Both the position numbers and the translations under genes were made by a program. The notes under the pieces were generated by a model. It saw only the letters and a list, made by a program, of their open reading frames with translations. It searched no databases and was not told where the DNA came from. A DNA stretch of 64,000 bases, taken from the sequence record LR756502.1; one strand, written 5' to 3'. Every line of letters begins with the position of its first letter. Within the stretch, counting starts at the first letter, position 1. Shown one piece after another: positions 1-9,314 of this stretch.

Positions 1-165
1 GAAATTGATCAAATTGATGAGACTTCAAAGAAGTTAAATGATACTTGGTCAGAGATAAGCACAAGGATGTATCAAGAAAGTGCATCGAATGATTCAAATA
101 ATGCAACCAACGATAGTGGTAACGGTGGTGGTGTGGAAGACACTCCCTACGAGGAAGTGAAGTAA
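1..165 (+). CDS. dnaK: C-terminal end of DnaK/Hsp70 (partial, runs off window start)
   Basis: Frame 1 reads EIDQIDETSKKLNDTWSEISTRMYQE...GGGVEDTPYEEVK*, matching the DnaK lid end and the acidic VEDxxFEEVK tail. Confidence 0.7.
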   Translation, partial: EIDQIDETSKKLNDTWSEISTRMYQESASNDSNNATNDSGNGGGVEDTPYEEVK

Positions 166-183
166 AATTGAATTAAAGAGCAT

Positions 184-215
184 TAAAAAACCCAGTCATA
201 TGACTGGGTTTTTTA
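184..215. terminator. Bidirectional intrinsic terminator
   Basis: Perfect palindrome taaaaaacccagtcat/atgactgggtttttta between convergent genes. Confidence 0.85.
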
Positions 216-223
216 TTTTAATT

Positions 224-1447
224 TTAGTCGTATCCTCCATCGGTATCTCGAAGTTCTCTATCGTGATCATTATCATAGTCATTTGTTAGTGTATCACTAT
301 CTGTGTCTAAAAGGAAGAATGTATCAAGATATGGATAATATTCAAAATCTGACTTTTTTAACTCAATAGTCTCTGAGGCTGACCTAGAATCTGTGCCATT
401 TTCCATTGTAAAATCATTATCAGAATCTTGGCTTCTTTTCCACCAAAATCCCTCTTTCTTACCAAACTCTTTGAATAAATCAACATCTGAATCTCTTAGA
501 GTATATATTCTGTCCATTATTTTATATCCTCTTGTTGTTGTCCATAGAATACATCTTCCAATTATTTTATCTGATGTGTATTTTCCATTCTCGTCAATTT
601 TTCCTGACTCATCATAAAGAATAACCATTTTACAGGTGTCCTTATTTTTGGTGTATATCTTGAACCATTTTTTAGGACCACCAGCCATACATGAGTTACC
701 TAGAACACCACCTTCTCCAGCGTAATTTTTATTGTTATACCAGTGTGCTATATCATCACCCTCGACTATATCAAATCTTATTAATGCATTTGCCATTAAG
801 TCATAAGTTGCTTTATATAAGTTAACAAACTCCTCAATATCTCTATCTATGAATGGTTCTTTGGCTGATGTTAGAATTGCTCTAACCAATCTACCTATTT
901 TAATATTGTTTCTAGATGTTGACCATATTTGATTGGATACTGAATCGGCTCTCTCTAATGCCTCTTTATTTAGTACAGTTTCCTTATCACTCCATTCTTC
1001 AATTCCCTTAAACCAAACATATATCTTACCGCTTCTTGGACTAACTACCTCTTTAACTATTATACCCATTGTGTCTTCACTTGGTGACCATACATCTGTT
1101 TTTTTCTCATATCCAAGTAGTCTGTATATTGGATCATTTCCAGGTGAGTTTGTTAGGTATTTTTCCTCTTCAATAACTTTATATGTCTCTTGACTGTCTT
1201 TTTCTAACTCTTGTACTTTTCTATCAGGTGTAAAAGAAACAGTGTCCTTTTCACTACCAACATCAACGTAGTTGTGTTGTAGTGTAATATCCTTACTATA
1301 TAAATCTATAAGCTTCTTAGCAATTTGATTAGTTTTCATTTTAGATAAAAAGTTAATAAGCTTTTTTGAGTAAACTAATTTGGATTCCAGTAATAGATCA
1401 TATATAACCTTCTCAGAAATATAATCATCGTATTTTTTAATATTCAT
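224..1447 (-). CDS. Hypothetical phage protein (GNSCM / GRCILW / MDRIY / YPYLDTF motifs) with N-terminal leader tag
   Basis: 407-aa ORF; starts MNIKKYDDYISE; TAATATATAC motif upstream. Confidence 0.8.
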   Translation of the reverse strand: MNIKKYDDYISEKVIYDLLLESKLVYSKKLINFLSKMKTNQIAKKLIDLYSKDITLQHNYVDVGSEKDTVSFTPDRKVQELEKDSQETYKVIEEEKYLTNSPGNDPIYRLLGYEKKTDVWSPSEDTMGIIVKEVVSPRSGKIYVWFKGIEEWSDKETVLNKEALERADSVSNQIWSTSRNNIKIGRLVRAILTSAKEPFIDRDIEEFVNLYKATYDLMANALIRFDIVEGDDIAHWYNNKNYAGEGGVLGNSCMAGGPKKWFKIYTKNKDTCKMVILYDESGKIDENGKYTSDKIIGRCILWTTTRGYKIMDRIYTLRDSDVDLFKEFGKKEGFWWKRSQDSDNDFTMENGTDSRSASETIELKKSDFEYYPYLDTFFLLDTDSDTLTNDYDNDHDRELRDTDGGYD

Positions 1448-1468
1448 AAAAGATTATTTTTTATTAGA

Positions 1469-1478
1469 GTATATATTA
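1469..1478 (-). promoter_or_regulatory. TAATATATA putative phage late-promoter motif
   Basis: TAATATATAC 22 nt upstream of the 1447 start; motif recurs upstream of many genes. Confidence 0.55.
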
Positions 1479-1535
1479 TTTATCTAATTTCAAAAGATAA
1501 AATAAAAGACAATTTTATTTTATTATATATATTTT

Positions 1536-1772
1536 ATGAAGAAAAAAGTAGCACAGATAATAAAAATATTAGGAATTGGTATAAATGAGTTGATAATTGA
1601 TATCGAACTCGATACTATAACAGTAAATTCTATTGAGTGGTCACCATCCGATAAAAAGATATATTTACATATTTTCAATGATGATATGGATATAGAGTTG
1701 GACTTTGATGATCTTTCTGATATTAATCAAGAAATTATATACAAAAATCTATCACAAATAACTTACAACTAG
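1536..1772 (+). CDS. Hypothetical protein
   Basis: 78-aa acidic ORF filling the gap, AT-rich leader. Confidence 0.6.
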   Translation: MKKKVAQIIKILGIGINELIIDIELDTITVNSIEWSPSDKKIYLHIFNDDMDIELDFDDLSDINQEIIYKNLSQITYN

Positions 1773-2350
1773 TTTATTTCTTTAATTGATATACAAGGAT
1801 GCACTTCCCAGCAAGTTGCTCTCCATATATTAGTTCCTTTTGGTGATGTGTTTATAGCGTTTTGTTTGTGTTCCTCATCAAAGAATAACCATCCAGTTAT
1901 ATTAACTTTTTTACCAACAAGTAGTTTAATAAGTCTATATTCCATAGATTTATTATTTGCTATTGTGTATCTGTTTATTTCAACTATCATTCTCTTAGTA
2001 TCTTCTGTCTCTGATAGACTTCTTACCAACTCTATGTGAATATCTAACTGACTTTTATCATCTGAATGACAATTACATGTTTCAGATCCTCCACGCTTTA
2101 CATTAAATACATATCCTGTTATTTCAACGAATGTGTTTTGATTAAACCTTTTCTTATCATCTCCTGGTTTTAATACCGAGTCTAATGATATCTTTGTTAA
2201 TGTCTTTGATGCAATCGACCTATTCTTTAGTATATCTGATTCTTGGTGTTTTTTATTATCACTGTCTCCCTTAGTTGGACATTTAACTCCATCACCTGAT
2301 GAGAATATTATAACTATTAGTATTAGTTTTAAGTAGTTAATTAACTTCAT
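1769..2350 (-). CDS. Exported hypothetical protein, possible OB-fold
   Basis: N-terminal hydrophobic signal; ETCNCH, DIHIEL, ITGWLFFD and WEVHP motifs. Confidence 0.6.
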   Translation of the reverse strand: MKLINYLKLILIVIIFSSGDGVKCPTKGDSDNKKHQESDILKNRSIASKTLTKISLDSVLKPGDDKKRFNQNTFVEITGYVFNVKRGGSETCNCHSDDKSQLDIHIELVRSLSETEDTKRMIVEINRYTIANNKSMEYRLIKLLVGKKVNITGWLFFDEEHKQNAINTSPKGTNIWRATCWEVHPCISIKEIN

Positions 2351-2363
2351 AATTTAATTATTT

Positions 2364-3359
2364 TTATAGACTGTTTAACATTTGCATTAATTCAACTTGT
2401 GGAAATAAGTCATATTTATCCATTCTAACTTGTGTGTGTGACCTAAGTCCTCCATTTTCAAGCCAAACTTTATTATAATCAAACCAAGTCTCATTATATA
2501 TGCCTTTGCTTATTTCAATTCCCCATCTGTTTTGTAAGTAGACTATTAATCGTCTAGCACTTTCCAACTGAGAGTCTGTATACTTCTCCCAATATTTATA
2601 TCCTCTAAACTCAACCTCTACTACTTCACTCTCCATAACTGGTTTGTTTACATAGTTGTAGAATCTGCCATCACTTCCAAGCGTTAAGAATCCATAATTA
2701 CATATTTCTATCGCTACAGACTTGGAATTTAATTCTTCAGATCTTGTACTTACTCCCAAATGATATGCCCAGTATTTATCATCAAATGCTCTTAGAATTT
2801 TACCATCCCATAGACTATCTCCGGTTGATGATGACTTTCTACCAATTACATACTGAGTTCCAACTTTTAGAGGAACCATATTTCCTTTATTGTCTAGTAT
2901 TGGATCTCCCTTTTTATCTTTCATGAAATCCTTTTCCCATCCACCTATTGTCCAATCTGGTCTTGATCCACCAGCGGTGTGATGCATCCATATTGTTTCT
3001 TTTCTAACCTCCTCTTTAATATACTCATCATCTTTTAATAGACAATCATATATCATGAATCCATCGGGTCCAATATATGATGGTTTTAGTGGTATATCAT
3101 TTGATGTTATTATTGATGGTGGTTTTACCTCAGGTGTTGGAGATGCTTCTATAAATAGCTTGTTCCAAGTCATCATACCGACAACTCCGTCTGATTTTAC
3201 TCCGACAGATCTTTGAAAGTTTGATACAGCAACGAGTGTATTTTGTCCGAAGTGCCCATCGATTTTATCTTTTAAAAATCCAAGGTCCTTTAGTTTAGAT
3301 TGCATAAATCTAACATCTTCTCCGGCCATGTTATTCATTAAAACTCTATTTAGTCTCAT
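2364..3359 (-). CDS. N-acetylmuramoyl-L-alanine amidase (Amidase_2) with N-terminal peptidoglycan-binding domain; probable endolysin
   Basis: PG_binding_1 motif DGHFGQNTLVAVSNFQ...DGVVGMMTW; Zn ligands WMHHTAG, WAYHLG, SVAIEICN, SHTQVRMDKYD. Confidence 0.85.
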   Translation of the reverse strand: MRLNRVLMNNMAGEDVRFMQSKLKDLGFLKDKIDGHFGQNTLVAVSNFQRSVGVKSDGVVGMMTWNKLFIEASPTPEVKPPSIITSNDIPLKPSYIGPDGFMIYDCLLKDDEYIKEEVRKETIWMHHTAGGSRPDWTIGGWEKDFMKDKKGDPILDNKGNMVPLKVGTQYVIGRKSSSTGDSLWDGKILRAFDDKYWAYHLGVSTRSEELNSKSVAIEICNYGFLTLGSDGRFYNYVNKPVMESEVVEVEFRGYKYWEKYTDSQLESARRLIVYLQNRWGIEISKGIYNETWFDYNKVWLENGGLRSHTQVRMDKYDLFPQVELMQMLNSL

Positions 3360-3882
3360 TGTTATTGTTATTATTTTGTGAGTATCTCTCTCTATTTTTT
3401 TGTTCCATATAAGCTTTTATATCATCATATGTAACTGCTCCTGGGTTATTTGAAATTAAACCTGGATTAGCTATTCTTTTCTCTGTTTCAATTTTCTTCT
3501 CTTCTGCTGACTTTACTCTTTCCTCATGCTCTGTTTCAAGCTTCTTTAAAATATGGCCAAGATAGTGCTCTATTCCTTTATCTTTTACCATATTTTTATC
3601 AAAATCGAATATAAACTCTTCTGTGTTATAGTATACTGCTATAACATCTTCCTTAATATAGTGATCTACATAGAACTTTATATCACCTATATTTCCTTGC
3701 GCATAAATTGTTGTTTTGTATTGTGTATTGTAGTGGTGGCTGAACTTATCTTTATCATTTAATAGTCTTTCATCACTATTTTTTGATTCCATTGTGGCTG
3801 ATAGCCCTAGATTTACTCTGAAGTAACGACATTTCTTTACTTCGGTAATTACTTTAAGATTTGTAACAATATTATAAGCCAT
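3346..3882 (-). CDS. Hypothetical protein
   Basis: 178-aa ORF in the minus-strand operon. Confidence 0.7.
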   Translation of the reverse strand: MAYNIVTNLKVITEVKKCRYFRVNLGLSATMESKNSDERLLNDKDKFSHHYNTQYKTTIYAQGNIGDIKFYVDHYIKEDVIAVYYNTEEFIFDFDKNMVKDKGIEHYLGHILKKLETEHEERVKSAEEKKIETEKRIANPGLISNNPGAVTYDDIKAYMEQKNRERYSQNNNNNNETK

Positions 3883-3918
3883 GTGTTATTTATTAAAAAA
3901 ATAGCGGTTCCTTCAACT

Positions 3919-4335
3919 CTAATTTAGTTTATATAGATAAACATTTTTATAATCAGGATCATAGTCTGTTATCTCGAACCCCATTGACTTGTATAGGTTG
4001 TTTGCTACTTCATTTTCTGGATCACAATGTAGGTATATATTTGAGTATTGTTTTTTACCTTTATCAAATGATATTCCATCTTCTAATCTTTTTATTATAG
4101 TAGATAATGCTTTTTTTGAATATCCTTGTCCTCTAAAATCTTTGTATATTTTGAATGAATATATCCATATATCCCCATCATCTGGACTAAGTCCAATTCT
4201 ACCAATCTTCTCATCTCCTATATAAATAGGATATATATACCCTCCCAATTTACTCCTACTCTCTGGTGTGTATGATTCATATTCATTTGGAATGAAAACA
4301 TCATTAGTTTCTTTATATGTCTTTATGTGCTTCAT
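3919..4335 (-). CDS. GNAT-family acetyltransferase with N-terminal leader tag
   Basis: Motif A FKIYKDFRGQGYSKKAL and motif B NEVANNLYKSMGFE; starts MKHIKTYKE. Confidence 0.85.
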   Translation of the reverse strand: MKHIKTYKETNDVFIPNEYESYTPESRSKLGGYIYPIYIGDEKIGRIGLSPDDGDIWIYSFKIYKDFRGQGYSKKALSTIIKRLEDGISFDKGKKQYSNIYLHCDPENEVANNLYKSMGFEITDYDPDYKNVYLYKLN

Positions 4336-4347
4336 TTTATTGCGGTA

Positions 4348-4902
4348 CTATTCAGTTTCTATTGAAAACTCTTCACCCTCTTCTTCGAATTGATCATCAA
4401 GCTCAATTTTAAGGTTTATTAGAAATTCCTCATTTATGTCTTTGATTTTAACATTTTTTGTTATTTGTCCAATCACCTCAAATGTATCTAAGTTATACTT
4501 CTTGAACTTAATATAACACTTCTCAATATCATCAGTTGAGAAGTCCTTATCTGGTTCTTTAGGAATAGCTTCCTTTAATTCAATCATTATATAAAGATTA
4601 TATGTTGCTTCATCATCAGAAAACTTAACATTTAAGTTATCGTACTGCTTTGAGTATTTGGATATTTCAGAGCTTTCGATTCTAACTCCTAAGTCCTTAA
4701 AGGTCATTGACTTTTCTTTGCTATCTGATTTAGCATCCTTGATTGACTTACCTTCTTCAGATTCTTGTTCTTTCTCACCTTCTTGGTATTCAAACATATT
4801 ATCTATCTTCTTCTTAATTTGTCTAAGAGCAGTTTCTATGTATGTCTCTGGTGTATCATTGAACTCCTCATTGATAAACTCTGTAAATTTTCTAATCTTC
4901 AT
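4348..4902 (-). CDS. Acidic hypothetical protein with N-terminal leader tag
   Basis: 184 aa; starts MKIRKFTEFINEE; TAATATATAC at 4907-4916. Confidence 0.75.
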   Translation of the reverse strand: MKIRKFTEFINEEFNDTPETYIETALRQIKKKIDNMFEYQEGEKEQESEEGKSIKDAKSDSKEKSMTFKDLGVRIESSEISKYSKQYDNLNVKFSDDEATYNLYIMIELKEAIPKEPDKDFSTDDIEKCYIKFKKYNLDTFEVIGQITKNVKIKDINEEFLINLKIELDDQFEEEGEEFSIETE

Positions 4903-4950
4903 AATTGTATATATTAATTTTTCTATTTATATTTACAATGTTTGATAGAT

Positions 4951-5361
4951 TTAGGAAATTTCCTTTAAGGTCTTCCTTGTTGTAAATTTCGCTCTTACTC
5001 TTTCCGCTATAGGTAATGGATTACCATCCTCATCTACCCTTACAAATTTTATGTCTGTTATTAATATTGGTGTTTGTTTACCATCATAGACATTATGCCT
5101 TCTAGCCTCAACTTTTAGAGTTATTGAAGTAGTTCCTATTATAGAAACCTCAGCGTATATTTTTATTAAATGACTTGGTCCAGCCGCCTTTTTGAAAACA
5201 CATTTATCAACAGATACTGTTACCATTCTAGGTGTATCGCACCATTGCATTGCATATGCGACAGCATCTCCATCTATCCAATAAAGTAGTTTACCTCCAA
5301 ATAATGTATTGTTAAATCCAAGGTCTGAGTGTTTTACTGGGTGAACTCCTATTAATTCCAT
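4951..5361 (-). CDS. Acyl-CoA thioesterase (hotdog fold, YciA-like)
   Basis: DLGFNNTLFGGKLLYWID...VTVSVDKCVF...FVRVDEDGNP. Confidence 0.85.
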   Translation of the reverse strand: MELIGVHPVKHSDLGFNNTLFGGKLLYWIDGDAVAYAMQWCDTPRMVTVSVDKCVFKKAAGPSHLIKIYAEVSIIGTTSITLKVEARRHNVYDGKQTPILITDIKFVRVDEDGNPLPIAERVRAKFTTRKTLKEIS

Positions 5362-5379
5362 TTAAATTATTTATTTTTC

Positions 5380-5883
5380 TTATATATTTTTTTTATCTGT
5401 GTCCAGAATAGAATTAATTTTATTATCTCTCTCCTCAAATTTCTCTGTTATATCGGCATATTTTATTGTATAATATGGGTTTAGTGATACTAAATCAACA
5501 TACCTTATTATATAAAATATAACAAATTTTTTCCAAGATCCTTTTTCGAAGAATGCATCCAACTCATCATCTGTATCTAATTTAATAAGCTTTGCAGTAT
5601 ATGACTTCTCAACTATATTGTTATCCTCTACTTTAATTATTGTGAATGATGGTGATGCACATACATATGATATTTTTCTCCAGTGTTTATCCAATACATC
5701 ACCCATCCATATCGATGGATTTACTGATGCTGTGTGTGTATTTGTATTATCATGACACATTCTTAATGAATTATCATATAATATTTTTATTCCTTCTAAG
5801 TTATATTCAGATATTGGGTATATACTTATTTTTTTTGGATCTAATGTCGAATTAACATTACTACTAATTAGTTCTCTAAACAT
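5380..5883 (-). CDS. Hypothetical protein with C-terminal RxxKIxxIL tag
   Basis: Ends FEERDNKINSILDTDKKNI. Confidence 0.7.
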   Translation of the reverse strand: MFRELISSNVNSTLDPKKISIYPISEYNLEGIKILYDNSLRMCHDNTNTHTASVNPSIWMGDVLDKHWRKISYVCASPSFTIIKVEDNNIVEKSYTAKLIKLDTDDELDAFFEKGSWKKFVIFYIIRYVDLVSLNPYYTIKYADITEKFEERDNKINSILDTDKKNI

Positions 5884-6047
5884 ATAAGAATTTTTTTTAT
5901 TTTATTACTTCTAAAAACATTTCGGTTACCAAATATTTTATTGCTTACAAATATATGGTCAGCTGATGCACGCCCTGATGATGATATTATATTAGATGCT
6001 TTTAATATTTTAGAGGCTAGATCTCTTTGAATTTTGGAATTATCCAT
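5868..6047 (-). CDS. Small ORF missed by the track (59 aa) with RxxKIxxIL tag
   Basis: Manual translation MDNSKIQRDLASKILKASNIISSSGRASADHIFVSNKIFGNRNVFRSNKIKKILICLEN*; overlaps both neighbours. Confidence 0.65.
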   Translation of the reverse strand: MDNSKIQRDLASKILKASNIISSSGRASADHIFVSNKIFGNRNVFRSNKIKKILICLEN

Positions 6048-6843
6048 TCACAACCTTTGTTTTCACGCTCCACTTTTCCGGTAGAAAAGAGCAATCATTG
6101 TTATTTATAAAATGGTCTCTCCAAGCTTCTATGAAAATCTGAATATCGGTTATGTTACTCATTACAATTTCACCATGTGTTCTTTTTATAACAGTTGTTT
6201 TGACTTTTGATAACTCTAAAAGTCTCTCCTTGGTCAATCTGTTTATACCAAGTCCGTCCTTTATTATATTCCTCATTCTTCTAATTCTTGATTTTGGGAG
6301 CTTCTCAATATCATCTTTGAATAGTAATGTATTTGCTATTTTGCTATATTTTATTAAATCTTTGTTTTCAAACATTTCACCATTTATCGGTGCTTTATAA
6401 TCAATCGCTAGTTGTTCCTTTAATTTATCAGCACTTCTTTCATATTTTGAGTGACATTTAACACACAATGGTAAAACATCATGAAAGTTGTGTGATTTTA
6501 TAGATTCTGGTAGAAATTTTCTATAACAGTAAGGCACAACATGATGTCTTGTTAAGTACTCCTCAGTACCACAAGACACACATTTGTTAGCCATCTCAGT
6601 TAATCCAAATTCTTTGTTATGATTACCCAAACCCTTTGGTTCAAACCTAAGCCTTACTGTATAGGGGTTCTCATTTATTAGCTCTCCTATTGACTCACCG
6701 GTTTTATTATCAATTGTTTTTAGATACCAGTCGGCTCTTTTTTTATCACATCGGAACATTAGAATATCATCCTTTGATACAACTTGACAATTTCCGTATA
6801 TTTTTCTATCCTTATTTACTCCATAAGATAACTCAAGACTCAT
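6040..6843 (-). CDS. HNH-type nuclease resembling the C-terminal HNH-like domain of eukaryotic EXD2
   Basis: YGNCQ...RCDKKRADWY...VRLRFEP...CVSCG...RHHVVPYCYRKFLP...KSHNFHDVLPLCVKCH. Confidence 0.7.
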   Translation of the reverse strand: MSLELSYGVNKDRKIYGNCQVVSKDDILMFRCDKKRADWYLKTIDNKTGESIGELINENPYTVRLRFEPKGLGNHNKEFGLTEMANKCVSCGTEEYLTRHHVVPYCYRKFLPESIKSHNFHDVLPLCVKCHSKYERSADKLKEQLAIDYKAPINGEMFENKDLIKYSKIANTLLFKDDIEKLPKSRIRRMRNIIKDGLGINRLTKERLLELSKVKTTVIKRTHGEIVMSNITDIQIFIEAWRDHFINNNDCSFLPEKWSVKTKVVNG

Positions 6844-6845
6844 TA

Positions 6846-7394
6846 TTACTTTTCTACTTGGTGTAGATTGAGTTCAATTTCAGTTTTTCTACCGAATATT
6901 AAAACACCAACCTTTATTTTTTGTTTGTCTTCATCTATTGATTCGACAATACCTTTGAATCCACTAAATGGTCCATCATTAACCTTTACTTCCTCGTTTA
7001 TGCAGAATGTGTTGGTTATTTCTTTGCTTTCATTTGCCTCATGTTCTCCCATCATCTTATTAACTTCTGATTGGCTTAATTGTTGGATATCACCAGCTCT
7101 GTTTGTTAAAAATCCAGTTGCTCCATTTAATGATCTAACAAAATGTTTTAGTTCACCGACCGCTGATGTTTCAACAAATATATACCCTGTGTACATAACC
7201 TTTTCTTTTACTACTTTCTTTCCATCTTTCATAAAGAAGGATTTTTCCATAGGAACAAGTACTCTTCCTATTTTGCCAGTAAGATCTCCTTTTTCAGATT
7301 CTTTTCTTAGCTTTTCAGATACTGACTTTTCTCTATTTGATTGTGCTCTTACTACATACCACTTCATAGTGCTGTTTTCCATAATTGTATTCAT
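6846..7394 (-). CDS. nusG: Transcription termination/antitermination factor NusG
   Basis: NGN domain KWYVVRAQSNREKSV...MYTGYIFVE and KOW domain EEVKVNDGPFSGFKGIVE...VLIFGRKTEIEL. Confidence 0.92.
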   Translation of the reverse strand: MNTIMENSTMKWYVVRAQSNREKSVSEKLRKESEKGDLTGKIGRVLVPMEKSFFMKDGKKVVKEKVMYTGYIFVETSAVGELKHFVRSLNGATGFLTNRAGDIQQLSQSEVNKMMGEHEANESKEITNTFCINEEVKVNDGPFSGFKGIVESIDEDKQKIKVGVLIFGRKTEIELNLHQVEK

Positions 7395-7479
7395 TTTTTA
7401 TTATATTGGTTTAATTTAATGTTCTTGGTGTTGGTGGTCTTTACACATAGGTGATCCACATATAATTGACCCGTTGTAT

Positions 7480-7875
7480 TTATTTGTTATTTTTCTCAAT
7501 ATCTTTGTAGTACTTGAGTTCATCAGTTACAAACTCAAAGTGATTATTAATTAAGTATTCTAAATCCTCATTCTTAACTCTAAGTTTAGTAAGGAGTAGG
7601 TTAAAATCTTTTTCGGAAACATCTGGTTTATCTGCTTTATCACTTTTTGACCAAAACCATTTTGGATATGGTTCTGTTTGCATAAAATTATACCATAAAT
7701 CTAAAGCAGATATCTTATTTATGTTTTTTAGATTCAAAAGTTGAGCTTTGTCTGGATACTTTTTAGCAAAATACCTATTAAATATGAAAAAGAATTTTTC
7801 TTTTTCTTCATCAGTTATTTTATTCCAACCACTTTTTTTAGCAATTGCATTAAATATATCAATTAACTCCGCCAT
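7480..7875 (-). CDS. Hypothetical protein; weak resemblance to T4-like clamp-loader small subunit
   Basis: FFFIFNRYFAKKYP...LNLKN...WFWSKSDK pattern; replication-gene neighbourhood; function call is weak. Confidence 0.5.
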   Translation of the reverse strand: MAELIDIFNAIAKKSGWNKITDEEKEKFFFIFNRYFAKKYPDKAQLLNLKNINKISALDLWYNFMQTEPYPKWFWSKSDKADKPDVSEKDFNLLLTKLRVKNEDLEYLINNHFEFVTDELKYYKDIEKNNK

Positions 7876-8310
7876 TTATAGTAATACTTTATCTATCTTT
7901 TTGTCTCTGAACTTCTGTGGGTCTGTAATATAATACTCCCATTTATCTAAATCTTTTATGAACTCTTCTCCAAATAGGTCTAATATATCCTCATCTGGTA
8001 TCTTATATCCGAAATTATATTTCTTTTCTATTGGAATGAAACTACCATTCGACAGTTTATATTCAATCTCACAATTTGCTGGATTAAAATATTGACCAAT
8101 AACTTCTATCCTTTGATATCCATCTATTTTTGAATTTATTTCAAATATCCTGTCTATTATGGTATTTTGGTCTTCTAAATCACTTGTATACCATTCACAA
8201 TATAAACATATTAATTCAACAATATAGGAATTTTTTATTCCAGTTTTAGTTTCAATGATTGGTCTCCATTTTTTTATTGGTCTTTCATCTGTTCTATCTA
8301 CTCTTCTCAT
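7876..8310 (-). CDS. Hypothetical protein with C-terminal tag
   Basis: Ends QKFRDKKIDKVLL. Confidence 0.7.
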   Translation of the reverse strand: MRRVDRTDERPIKKWRPIIETKTGIKNSYIVELICLYCEWYTSDLEDQNTIIDRIFEINSKIDGYQRIEVIGQYFNPANCEIEYKLSNGSFIPIEKKYNFGYKIPDEDILDLFGEEFIKDLDKWEYYITDPQKFRDKKIDKVLL

Positions 8311-9268
8311 ATACCTCTTCCATTTTATCTATAATCTCTTTTGGGAAATTATCCAGACTTAGATCAACCAACTTTACATTCTCTTTTATACTTACAACTA
8401 TTGACTCAATAGTTGTTTTACTTAGCTTCTTTTTCTCACAAATTAGGTCAGCTATATTCTCATATAGGTCAGGATCATTTAGACTAATCTCACCAAATTC
8501 CAAAACATAGTTATCATATATTGATTTGGCTCCCTTTGCTCCTATTCCTCTACTCTTTCCATTTTTTACTGCTGACCAAACAGATTTGATATTATCACTT
8601 ATGTCCCCAGATATCATCTTTATTACAAGAGATTCTGTTGAATCAACTTCATGTATTTCATATTTATCTGTAAACTTTGTTAGTAATCCTAGAAAGTCTG
8701 TATTGTCATTCAATGCAAATATATCATCATTTGATAGTTTGGATACTTTATTTAATAGTATTTGATAGTTTTTCGGCATAAATAGCTTTTGCTTATTATA
8801 CATCTCATTTGTCATAATATTGATCCACATTGGATCAATATTGTAATTAACAATTTGCTTTATATCGTGGTCATTTGAAACAATAATTACTGATCTACCT
8901 TCTGAATTTGATCTTTTTGTTAGAAATGATATCCAATCATCTCCCTCTACATGAGGTGATTCAAATACCTTGGTGTGTCCCTTTAATGACCTTTTAAAGT
9001 CACCATATGTATCATAGACAAATCCCCAATCTATATCAGAGTCTTTTTTTCTAGTAGCCTTGTAAGTTGTATTTATCTCTTTTCTCCAAGACTTTTCCTT
9101 AGAATCAGAAACTAAGTAGATATTGGCAAAAGGATACCACTTTCTATAACTATTTATTGTGTTTTCCAGAGACTTATATAGTGCTCCGAATAGTAGGTTA
9201 TTCTTGTGAAGTGTAAATGTGTTCTTTGAGAGAATATAATTACCATCAATTATTAGGTCACATAGCAT
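8294..9268 (-). CDS. rnh: T4-like RNase H / 5'-3' flap exonuclease
   Basis: LIIDGNY, LVSDSKEKSWRK...YKATRK, VEGDDWI, IVSNDHDIKQ, ISGDISDNI acidic motifs. Confidence 0.85.
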   Translation of the reverse strand: MLCDLIIDGNYILSKNTFTLHKNNLLFGALYKSLENTINSYRKWYPFANIYLVSDSKEKSWRKEINTTYKATRKKDSDIDWGFVYDTYGDFKRSLKGHTKVFESPHVEGDDWISFLTKRSNSEGRSVIIVSNDHDIKQIVNYNIDPMWINIMTNEMYNKQKLFMPKNYQILLNKVSKLSNDDIFALNDNTDFLGLLTKFTDKYEIHEVDSTESLVIKMISGDISDNIKSVWSAVKNGKSRGIGAKGAKSIYDNYVLEFGEISLNDPDLYENIADLICEKKKLSKTTIESIVVSIKENVKLVDLSLDNFPKEIIDKMEEVYEKSR

Positions 9269-9287
9269 TCGAATTAATTAGTTTTTA

Positions 9288-9314
9288 ATTATACTATAAT
9301 GTGAAGATAAGTTT
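9288..9314 (-). promoter_or_regulatory. AAACTT-N15-TATAAT candidate promoter
   Basis: Same arrangement and spacing at 9711-9737 upstream of the preceding gene. Confidence 0.35.

Noticed and set aside
7416-7523. 35-aa overlapping minus-strand ORF MNSSTTKILRKITNKYNGSIICGSPMCKDHQHQEH
   Set aside because: The Cys/His tail is suggestive, but it is very short, overlaps the upstream gene by 44 nt and has no independent support.
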